From Macrostomum lignano (taxonomy: Eukaryota): a stretch of DNA of 64,000 bases. The position numbers and the translations under genes are program-made. The stretch's first letter is position 1. Every line of letters starts with the position of its first letter. Location: positions 124,001 through 188,000 of the forward strand of contig NIVC01000874.1 of NCBI GenBank assembly GCA_002269645.1, in the 5' to 3' direction. Under the pieces are notes generated by a model, which worked only from the letters and a program-made list of their open reading frames with translations, made no database searches and was not told where the DNA came from. Shown piece by piece: positions 1-11,100 of the stretch.

Positions 1-690
1 GCCAAACACTGGTAGTGTAGTGCCCGCGATGGAGAGATCTGCCATAGTGGCATATCACTATCACAGGACTGCCGAAGTCGGAATTACTCTCAGATCTTGG
101 TGAGTACCGTATTTGGGTGTTGATTTTTTCGGTGTTATAGTTTTCTGGAGTTCTGCTGAAGTAAATACTCGTAATTGCAAACTTGGCCGCTGACAGAATA
201 ATCTGCTCTTCAATCAAGCCTTCGCATCCTAATTGGCCGCACTGCGAAATGCGTGGTCACAGTCGCTCTTCCAAAAGATCGTAAAGGCTAATCGGAGCCC
301 TGCTGTACTCTGAGAGAGGAACGCAAAGAATTTGTTCACTGATTGTTCCTGTTGGAATCGAGGCTGCGCTGTAGCCACAACGTCGACAATTACGGAGCGC
401 CATCTGCAAGGGCGCCATTAGCAACCGAGAGAGTCGAAAGCAGGGCTTCCAAGAACTCCAGAAAGCAGTGCTGCTCACCAGCAGCAAATCTGCCGGGCAA
501 GATGCGCCTGATAATTCCTTGTACTTCTGCGGCGGAAGTATTTTTTAGAGCTAGCATTTGATGAAAAAGCAGCGGTAGAGATCTTTGCAAGTCGCTAGCT
601 ATGTCCCGTCTCATTAATGGGCCGTTCTGCTCCATCCAGTAAAGAAGCTGAATGGCAGAATTGGCATAGCAGTCTGCTCCGCTATTTCTT
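1..690 (-). pseudogene. Ubiquitin-specific protease (peptidase C19/USP) catalytic domain, disrupted, runs off the window edge
   Basis: Cys box GLRNSGADCYANSAIQLL and GEQHCFLEFL in ORF 390..1211. After a frameshift near 390-420 comes NCRRCG...LCVPL...SLYDLLEE (ORF 257..487). Reading through the TGA at 257-259 in the same frame gives ...KINTQIRY...VIVICHYGRSLHRGHYTTSVW (His box). No introns apparent. Confidence 0.8.
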
Positions 691-859
691 AGTCCACAGA
701 GAGGCTGCGGCTCTGAACTTCTTGATGATGTTTGTTTGGCATCCTTTGCTCCTGAACGATGCTCTTGACGAGGCTCTGTTCTAACATTTTCCTCAGCAGG
801 TAGAGATATGTAAAGATTAGCGTTGAGGCTTTTAGGAAGCTGTGTATCAACGAAGCGGC

Positions 860-1824
860 GCTCAGGATATCGTTGGCGAAAGGAATCTGGGTCGTAGGCA
901 TAATGACCTAGGACCAAAAGAACTGTCATTACATGGCAGTCACAGCCAGCTGTTCGGCTACCCACTTTGGACGAGGAGTAGTAGGCATGTAGCCTCCTTA
1001 GACCGGCATCGTGGAATCCAAAAGGGTTTCCATTCGGTAAATCGCTGAGGCGAAGAAGGACTCGATATGTTCGAGGTGTGTGCCTCGAAAACACAACGGA
1101 TATAAATATCCACGACGGTTGCCAGTTGCCGAATTCCTTTTTTCCAGTTCCTTGCCTGCTGTTCTTGCCGGAATTTCCAGCAGCGCATCGATTGAGGCAG
1201 CTGCGATGCAAGGTCTTAGAGCTCTAACAACGTATCACCGTCGAAATTCTCAAGCGTGTGTTGCACCTGGATGTTTTGGATATACCTTTCAGACTGCTGT
1301 ACATGAAATGGTCCCACACTTACTTCCTGAAGGTTTTCTATCTCAATTCGAGGAAAGCCTGTGGACTCAGGATCTAGCACATCAACTGGTGACCAGCGCC
1401 TCGACCCTTCGATAGGAGTTCGGGTCACGTCACACAGGTAGTTCACACCTTCAATCGGATCGAATTCGTTGCTGAGAAACATGCGCCTGGTAAAATTCTG
1501 ACCAAACGAAAAAAGTGAGCTGTCATTCCATGACTTTGGCAGCGTTTTATTCAGTGGGAATCCAATGTGCGATCGGTTGTATTTGGCAATACAGTTGCCG
1601 ATAATGACATCTAGCCGACTCGATGTACTGAATTCAGCTGGCTGCTGCCACTGGTATGGCTCATGCCGCTCAATAATACACCTGTTCTGCTTGATTGCGG
1701 CGAACGCGCACTCAACAAAAAAGCGGGAAAGCGTAGCCAGCCTACTGGTATTTGACTCAAAAACAGTCAGTTTTCCTTGAACGGGACGATCCTCAGCCGA
1801 GACTGGATTCTTTGAGCCATAAGT
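860..1824 (-). mobile_element. Possible decayed tyrosine-recombinase (Crypton-like) coding region upstream of the USP domain
   Basis: Frame open from ~1824 to 1216 contains STGFPRIEIENL (resembles TGxRxxExxxL). About 120 codons downstream is FHDAGLRRLHAYY...VLLVLGH...Y (resembles HxxR ... LGH ... Y). Motifs are imperfect and split across frames. Confidence 0.3.
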
Positions 1825-3133
1825 TCACATGAAATCCCCATTTTTCCCCATTTATCCCATTCAGGGAGCCCAAATGATAGAGAGATGCGGTTTTCGATGA
1901 TTCTTCTCTCATTGTCGGTCCAGTAGAGAGATCCGATAGAGAAACCGACTCAATCGGCCACCGCTTCCATTTCAGAGCCTTAAGTTCACATGAAATCCCC
2001 ATTTTCCTCATTTATCCCATTCAGGGAGCCCAAATGATAGAGAGATGCGGTTTTCGATGATTCTTCTCTCATTGTCGGTCCAGTAGAGAGATCCGATAGA
2101 GAAACCGGCTCAATCGGCCACCGCTTCCATTTCAGAGCCTTAAGTTCACATGAAATCCCCATTTTCCTCATTTATCCCATTCAGGGAGCCCAAATGATAG
2201 AGAGATGCGGTTTTCGACGATTCTTCTCTCATTGTCGGTCCAGTAGAGAGATCCGATAGAGAAACCGACTCAATCGGCCACCGCTTCCATTTCAGAGCCT
2301 TAAGTTCACATGAAATCCCCATTTTCCTCATTTATCCCATTCAGGGAGCCCAAATGATAGAGAGATGCGGTTTTCGACGATTCTTCTCTCATTGTCGGTC
2401 CAGTAGAGAGATCCGATAGAGAAACCGGCTCAATCGGCCACCGCTTCCATTTCAGAGCCTTAAGTTCACATGAAATCCCCATTTTCCTCATTTATCCCAT
2501 TCAGGGAGCCCAAATGATAGAGAGATGCGGTTTTCGACGATTCTTCTCTCATTGTCGGTCCAGTAGAGAGATCCGATAGAGAAACCGGCTCAATCGGCCA
2601 CCGCTTCCATTTCAGAGCCTTAAGTTTACATGAAATCCCCATTTTCCCCATTTATCCCATTCAGGGAGCCCAAATGATAGAGAGATGCGGTTTTCGACGA
2701 TTCTTCTCTCATTGTCGGTCCAGTAGAGAGATCCGATAGAGAAACCGGCTCAATCGGCCACCGCTTCCATTTCAGAGCCTTAAGTTCACATGAAATCCCC
2801 ATTTTCCTCATTTATCCCATTCAGGGAGCCCAAATGATAGAGAGATGCGGTTTTCGACGATTCTTCTCTCATTGTCGGTCCAGTAGAGAGATCCGATAGA
2901 GAAACCGGCTCAATCGGCCACCGCTTCCATTTCAGAGCCTTAAGTTCACATGAAATCCCCATTTTCCCCATTTATCCCATTCAGGGAGCCCAAATGATAG
3001 AGAGATGCGGTTTTCGACGATTCTTCTCTCATTGTCGGTCCAGTAGAGAGATCCGATAGAGAAACCGGCTCAATCGGCCACCGCTTCCATTTCAGAGCCT
3101 TAAGTTCACATGAAATCCCCATTTTCCCCATTT
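1820..3133. repeat. 160-bp tandem repeat, ~8.2 near-identical copies
   Basis: Unit TAAGTTCACATGAAATCCCC...CATTTCAGAGCCT starts at 1820, 1981, 2141, 2301, 2461, 2621, 2781, 2941 and 3101. Identical ORFs recur every 160 bp. Confidence 0.97.
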
Positions 3134-3262
3134 GTCCTATGCGGAAGCGGCCGGGGTGGAAGAACGATAAATTACGCTTTTCTTGTCTATTTTGGGTCTG
3201 AATAGTGAGAATTTCGCAGCGGTTTGGTTGCTGGACTCACGGCTTCCAAATCGCGCTTAAGT

Positions 3263-5119
3263 TCACATCCTCTTTCGACATGTCCAATTTCCAACTTTTT
3301 CAGAAGACAGCTTCTGAACAGCACCTTTGTAATAAGCGAAAATCAAATGGTCTATCCTAGCTTGAAATTCAGTGAGGATAATATATGAGCAAAACAAAAA
3401 GCTTAAGGCTTTTGAAAACAGGAACATACCATTTGGATTGTCTGAATCAATGTACTGTGCGCGACGCTCCGAACGAAACACGGACTTAAAGGACTGCAAA
3501 ACGGTGTCGACGACCTGGAAAGCCTTCTGCTGCTGCTCGTCGTCGCTGGAGTTGGTCGCATCCGCATAGCTCTCATTCAGCAGAACCACAAAGATGTTCA
3601 GCACTATGAACACGATCGTGAATGTGTAGGAGAAGAACAGGATCTTGTACAAGGCGCTGCGGCTGTCTTCAAAAGTGGCATTGAACTTTCCCAGCATCAC
3701 GGACAGCTGTGTGATCATCGTCTGCATCAGACTGCGGTACTCTGCGTCCACGGGTCCCAGAACCAGATTGGCGATGAAGGCGAAGGCCAAGAAGATTACG
3801 AGAAACACCCAGAAGAACGACCTCAGCTCCGACAGCGAGTTCCTCAGAGTGCCCGACAGGTGGGCCAGACTGCGGGAGTAGCGGACCAGGTTGAGAAAGC
3901 CGATCTGGACGAGGAACATGGCGATGCCGAGGCAGTAGTAGAACGACTCGTCGAAGAACATGACAGTTTCCAGATTGCCAGAGTTGGAGTTTTGCATGGA
4001 CTCCAGGGCTGCAACTGTGGCGAAGCTGCGCAGCAGAAGAAACACGAGGCCGGCAATCATGGTGAGGTTTGTGAGCAGGTGCGACACATTCCACGGATTG
4101 GAGAAGTGTTTTGAGAAGCCCTGAAGCCAACAAGACCGCAGTTGCAGCAGCAGCAGTACCAGAGTGATTGCAGCGGCCAGCAGCTCAGCACACAGTCGAA
4201 GGGCTCCGCTGGCGCCGATGTACCGGTAAAGGCTCGTTGATCGCAGACTGGCGGAGCTCAGGGCGCCGCCGAACGGAGGCAGCTCGGTCAGGATGGACAC
4301 GGATGTAAAGAAGTTGGTGTCAGGGTAGAACAAGCTGCATTCAAGCAGCACTGCTCGTGTGTAGTTATCAATCCAGTGGTAATGCGTGGCCTCTTGCAGG
4401 AGTGAGAGGGCTTTAGAGAAGTTGTTTGGCAGGTCAAGCACGTAGCCCCTTCCGCTGTATGAGTTGTACGTGCCCCATGTTGGCCACGGGGTGACCGTTC
4501 TGGCGTGGAATGCAGCGTCAAGGCCGCTCCCAGTGTGGTTGCAGGGCAGTTGGGTGCCCCAGCCGATGCCGTAGCAGCTGCGATCCTCAGTGCTTGCACT
4601 GTACTCGGCAGACACTGCCAGAGAGTCGCGCCACACGGGACGCACCCTGAGCTGTCTCAGCTTCACGCGACCCAACCGAAAGCCAACACCATCGGAGATG
4701 AACTTCTGCTCAGCTTCACTCAATGGTTGGCCATTCGCTGCGAAAGTCGGATAGAGATTCGGTAGAACCGTGTGGTTCAGCCAGGTGTGAATGTCCTCCC
4801 ACTTCTGCACCTGGAATTCGTGAGGGAAGCGCAAACATATGAAACAGGGAGCACAGCTTTTATCCCAATATTGCAAAAAGGGCCTTTTTGCAAACCTTGT
4901 CAAGGCTGAACTGAGGACTCGGCTGGTTGACGGTAAGCCGCATCTTCAAGCCGTTGTTCAGGTGAAACACGACCGGATCCATGGAGCCATAGCAGACGCA
5001 GTACAAAAGGAACAGATACGCAAGGTTCAGGCCGATGCTGATCGCTGTTGACTTTGCCTTCTTGCGGAGTGCGTCGTTCGACTGCGATGCGAGGACGTCT
5101 TGGAGAAGCATGAACTTCT
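3263..5119 (-). CDS. Polycystin cation-channel region (TOP domain, last TMs, pore) and C-terminal tail; exons ~4896-5119, ~3430-4810, 3263-3360
   Basis: WIDNYTRAVLLECSLFYPDTNFFTSVSILTELPPFGG (TOP domain); LSGTLRNSLSELRSFF...MLGKF...LNIFVVLLNESY (S5-pore-S6); GT/AG junctions read at 4896, 4810 and 3430/3360. Confidence 0.92.
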
Positions 5120-8100
5120 CTGAAATTTAAAGAATAATTAACACTGATATTTTGACAGCGTGACAGATCGCATTTCAATGCACTTCAAATCTCACCTCGA
5201 CCGTCATGAATCTCGCGAACTCGGACGCTGTGGGCATCCATGGAGTCGTAGTCCTTCCTCATCAGCAGAGCCAGCACCAACCCGACAGCCAACACTTTCA
5301 GCGGCTGGAGAAGCAACACCGTCTCGAAAAAGGAAAAGAAAAACGCAAGCAACCAGCCTTCCGACTTCTCCTTGCCCCAGTCCATTGCGTAGAAGACAAT
5401 GAACACGCCGGCAGTGAGCACACTCAAAACGAGAAGCACCCAACCAACGTACTGGCACCAGTGAGGCAGAGAGAATTTAGAGATCCAGGTCTTCTCTTCC
5501 TCCTCAGCCTCAGTCTCATCCTCGGTCGTCGCCGCATCGCTGTTGATGACGCGGCGACTTCGACTCGACTGAGGTCGGTACCGCTGCGCAGCTTCGGTAT
5601 GTTGCGGCTGTCGCTTGGACTTGAGAAACAGCAGGACAGTCGCCATGGACACGGGCAGCACTGTGAGCGCACCGAGTATTGAAGTGATGAGGGAGCCGTA
5701 GGAAACCTTCACCGGTCCGATTCGGAAGGCCTCCGACGAGCTGTCGGCGACTTCGTACCTGTATAATTCAGGGTAAATCAGGAGGTTGCTGTATTTCATT
5801 ATAAACTGGGATACGTTGAAGTTGGATAGTACACCAAGTTCGCTCATACCACATGGCATTAGCGATCATCGTCATGAAGAGTAGACTCCAGCACACTCCG
5901 AGACGCTGCAATCGACTGAAGTTTGTGTCCACTTTCCGTCGCAGCATTGAAAACCAGATGTGGTCATCCTGCATCCGTCTGCTCAGGTGGTTGCGGACGA
6001 GATTCTTTGAGAACTTGAGGTCGAGCGATGAGGCACAGTTGACAGCAGAGTCGATGCCCGGACTCAACCAGTCTTCAATCACAAAGATGTACTTGTTGTC
6101 ATTGGTGCAGTCTGTGACGATCAGGCGACTGACGTACCATCGGCCGGCACCGGACTCGGTCTTGTCAAATGTCAGACAGATGGATCGAATGTCACCCAGA
6201 TGCGCTTTAGTCGTCATCAGGAAGTTGTCAACACCTCCGCTTGCAAAGTTCTGTAAAGTTAGCATTAGTAACTAAGCAAAAAATCAGTATACCAGGAATC
6301 CAGAAATTCGAAAAATAAAGAAACAAGAAGTTCACCCATCTCTCTCCGTCATCCAGAGTTCTCAGTAGCTCGCTCGCATTCAGGCCTTTAACTGAGATGA
6401 AGACTCCAACAGGGACTTCATAGCCTCTTTTCGACCCGTTGAATACCTCGATTTTGTAGACGAAGCCCTTCTGCTCCCGCTCGTCTTTCAGGGGCAAAAA
6501 TTGAAACTGAAATGAGAGATGACTCACAGTGAGTCAAGTGGTTTACAAGACATAAAACACGACTCATCAGAGCTGGGCTGACTGCTCACCTTCTGTGCGT
6601 CCCGCAGGTCCATTCGTCTCAGTAACACTGCCAGAGGAATGAACAGAACCCACAGAACGATCACAACAGACAGCACTGCCCTGCTTTCGCTCAGCTTGCC
6701 CTGCCAGTTTTCGAACAGCTCGCCGAAGTCGATCGTGTTGGGCACGAATGAGATTCCAGCTCCAATGCTGCCGAATAGGTTCACCTTGAAAGCCGGCCTC
6801 GCCACCGCCGTCTGCTCGCTTGCCTGAAAGTTAGAGTGATCGATTTGCAAATCAGACTCGAATTCTAGCTCTAAAATTGTGAGCTCGACTGTCACTTAAG
6901 TCGTCTTACCTGGCACTTGGCGCTATCCAACAGGCGCCACTCGTCGACCCCGCTGTCCCATGCGTAGCACTGTTGAGTGGAGATTCCCAGATGATACAGC
7001 AAGGTGCAGTTGCTGCAAGTCAGTGAGCCAGACGAGTCCCTTGAGCAGCCCAGCTTTCTCACTCCTACGAACACCGTTTGGTTAATTGAGAACATATCAG
7101 CTGGAATGAAAATCAGCTCCTTTGTTGCGGTGTCATTCGTCGAGTTGAGTGACTGCGGCACTACTCGGTGGAGAGTGTAGTTAAGAGGATCTGGCGCGGT
7201 GCCTTCGTGCAGGAAAACTTCGAGCTGATGTCCAGCATCGGGTTGGATGACGAGCTGGACGACCTCTCCTGTTGCATTGAAGCTGTGATACATCATGAGC
7301 CACTTGTCAGTGGGAGTCTTAGCCACTCTGAGCAGCGGTACCTGAGCTCCGGCCAGCTGCATCTCATAGGTCGGAGAAGAGGAAGCTGACCGCCTTGATC
7401 TGCCATGGGATGGTGGAAAGTCGTAAAAGCTGCATCCTTGCGATCGTCCACGAAGGAAAGACGTTGTGACTTTGGACTCCGACTGGCTCCAGTGGTACGG
7501 ATCGGCTGCGCTCATCATGAACGTGATGTTGCATTTGCCGGACGGATCTGCCGCGCTAAACCTCGGCAGTGAGACGCTTCCCATATCTGTTTCCACCTTC
7601 GCTCCAGTGACATTTGCATCCTGAACGTCCTGCGTTATGCCCATTAGAGCGAACCCGGGTTCGACCTTCGTGAAGTTGCTGACAGACTCAAGCGCTAGAA
7701 GCCCGATAGAGTCAATGCAGTCGAGGGTCTTCAGCATGACACCTTTGACCATGCTGCGGTTACTGTAGTTGCCAGCCCAAAATCCAGAGGCATTCCAAAT
7801 GCTCAGCCCTGATTTGAGTAGATTGTCCTGAATTTCTTCGCTGGCTTTGTGCGACAGGTTCGCTCTTTCGATACGCGCTTGTTCGATGACTTTTCTCAAA
7901 GTTTTTGCTGCAAGTTCCTATAGGGATCGCGGAAAAAAATGCAAAAGTTCGAACTTTGCGTATTGTAGTTTAATTAAAAATTATTACCTGTCCAACGACA
8001 TCCAACTGGCTTGATGTATTCACCCCAAGTCGCAGCAGGCTTGTTGTCATTTGCAATGCATCCGAGGAGAAGTTAAACGGAAAGGCGTCAACAAACTTTA

Positions 8101-11100
8101 AATATTTCAGTCTCATCTGCAATATTTTACAGGATAGCCAAATTTTCTCTTTCAGTATTGACAATTTCACTGAACGGAAAATTATAATTTTTCATTGATT
8201 ACCGTCGCCATCTGCAGCTGGAATGCGGCCAGATCCTCTGGAGACAATGCTGCTCCTTGGGCATCTTCGTTCCAAGCATTCATGGCCAGCGCGATTGACT
8301 TCAAAGTGACTGCCGCGGCGCTGTAGTCACCGGAGGACAAGAACCTGCTGACTATCGAATTGGCAGGATCCAGTAGGCCTTCTAAATCAGAAAGCAACTC
8401 GCTTGATGTGCCCGTCAGAGCCGAAATCTAAAACATTGACAGCATTTCTTGTTCTAGTGGTTCTTTCTAGACCAAAAATTTGATTAAAGATTCAGTGAGC
8501 AAGGCTTTCAGACTGACTGAAATGTTGACGGTGAAGATCGCCTCTGCGTAAAAAGAATCCGTGATTTTAAACTCAATGCTGCCCAAGCCGTTGCTTGCTC
8601 CGACAGGCAGCAAAACAGTTGGAAAACTGGCGCTACTAGAGTCGAATCGAGTCGGCGACTCAGTCGGATCCCACCGGAAGAGTGTTGCCGAGTACGCCAG
8701 TGGAGCAATGAATGCTCCGAATTCCGTCCAGTTGGCGCAGGTCAGATGGGCCAGCGTCCTTATGTTAACCACTGAAGTAAATATAGATGAAATACATACA
8801 GGAGACCAGATCTGTTTCAGAGTTGAGTCACACAATGCTTGCGATCCAATAAAAATTGTCTTATGGGTCAGAAAATCTTAAGGAATGGTAAACTTTTCTC
8901 ATCTTTAATAAGACGCTGCACAAAATAAAAATAGATAGGTGCAAAGCAATCTGCAAAACTGGTATTAAATTGCTAGCACATACCTCCAGGAGGATCCACG
9001 CGACAGGTACCACCTACTGGAGGCCCATTCACGGTTATGTTGGCAACAAGGTATGAAGTCTCTTGACCCAGATTCCACAGCTGTCCCATCACTCTGTAGT
9101 AGGAGCTCTCCATCAGTGTGCCAGCCGAAATCGAGAGCTCCTGGCCATCGCTGCTTGACTGGCGAGTTCCCTCGATCTCGTCTCCGCTGACACCGAGCCG
9201 AACAATCGTCAAGTTGCTGCTCACGGTAAAGAACTTGTGGCCACAGTTCTGCTCGCACACAAGTCTGTAGACGAGCGGTCTCTTGGCGACAACTTTGGCT
9301 CCGCAGTTCTGCTCGCAATCAAGTCGGCCTACGGGCTTCGGTTGTGACTCAACAAACACAGTCTTTGATTGCCAAACCTCTCTGGTGTCTTTTGTAAGAC
9401 GGACTCGGAACACATAGCTTGCGTTCGGAACAAGATCGAATGAGTTCACAGTGAGGGATCCCGCAATGGATGCGTTTCCCGAGTATACGACACCGGGTCC
9501 GTTACCGAAGCAGCCTCTCAGCTCTGAGAGCGCTCTGGCTTCAGTCTGCGATGGGATGCTGATGGTGTTGGCTGAGTCTGACTCTTCAGGCCTAAAGCAG
9601 CTCCACTGAAACGTCATGCCGCTAAGATCTCCATCTTCCACGTCAAAGTCCGTGGCCGTCGCAGACGCATTTAGCACGAAGGTCTGATTGAATGAAACAT
9701 ATTCCGGACCAGTAATAGCTTCTAGACTCAATGGAGTCTTTGAGACGTTCAGCAATATCCACGCAGTCTCTGCCATAGCAGCATCCACAGTCAGCTCGGC
9801 AGTGAATGAGACATTGTACAGCCCGTATGGCAACATCCGACGCTGAACCAAGCACTGATCGGAGTTGTCAGTGCACAGAGGAAGCTGGGTAGATGATTGT
9901 TCAGCAATGATGGTCCAGTATGTGCTGATGTTGGTCAGCTTGGAGCAGTTGTATGGCGCCACGGCAGTGAGGTTGATTTGCTCGGACCTCCTGATTGTCT
10001 GCACTGATGACACTTGCAATGAAGATGAGTCCGAGTCGAACAGTCTCAGCCTTGGCTTGTAGCAAGGGATGTCAATCACGGTGGCAAATGTTTGCGCCGA
10101 GTCATTGCTCACATTGTTGTAGGCGAAAATCAAGACAGAATGGACGCCTACTTTTGATAGATCTCGCTTCCAGGTGATTCGCAAGTTAGAGGGACTGACC
10201 TGTGTATAGGCTGGACTGTTCGGTGTTGCGATGGAACGGCAGGAATTATGCGCACCGAAAATTTCATTAATTAGGCTGGTCTGATTGTAGTACATGTGAA
10301 TGCAGGTATCGTTTGGGAAACTTGTCATATCAAGCACGAATTCGACCGGCGTGCCAAGCCAAACCGTCCCGTTCGTGCTAAAGTTGGCTATTTTTACAGA
10401 GTCCTTGAGCACAACTATTGAAAAGTTCCGCTCGAGACCATCAATGCTCAATGGGTTCCAGCAGCTCATGCTCACACGCTGAGTTCCAATGGCTTCTACC
10501 GAATATTCGAATGTCACAACTGCGTTTGAGCTGTCCGTCAGGTTTTCGATGAAGATTCTTTTCGATCCGTATGTGGAGAACTCGAAATCGCAAACAACGA
10601 GACCAGCTTGCATATTGGGCTCATTGTTGATGACGAACTCAGCCCCCTCAAACGGCCACAGAACGCTTTGTCTGTAGGTGACGGATACGTTGACCAGTGG
10701 ATTCAGTACAACGATAGGACTGATCTGAGCTGTTTGCCAACTCACTGGGTTCGAGGCGTTGACTATAACAGTGTAGTTTCCTGCAGTTGAGTACGAGTGC
10801 GCCAGCACAGTCTCATTGCTCGAGGCGTACTTGCTCGGGTGAAAGGTAACGCTGTTTGGGCTGGAGTCACCAAATCTTGTTGTGAATTCGACTGAAGTTC
10901 CATTGGACACTCGTATGGTAATACTCAAGTTTTGACCAGGCTGGACAAACACGTGACTGGCATTGGCTGTAAGTCCTGACACTGGCTCATTGCACACCAC
11001 TGTTGAGTTTTTTGCGTACTGACTCACTAGATTCCAGCAGCGAACTGACAGAGTCATTTCCTCAGTAATGAGGTGCGGAGGACACTCAAGAGTCACAGTT

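Noticed and set aside
257-259. Selenocysteine or programmed readthrough of the TGA in the USP frame
   Set aside because: The same region has a frameshift and other stops, and no SECIS is visible; decay or assembly error is simpler.
1080-1482. IBR-like (CVAPGC) or ZZ-finger-like (LCDV...PIEG) motifs
   Set aside because: Required cysteines are missing, and the longer open frame is on the minus strand.
1820-3133. CRISPR-like array or repeated 61-aa peptide genes
   Set aside because: Units are contiguous and near-identical with no unique spacers, the context is eukaryotic, and the ORFs are a by-product of the 160-bp period.
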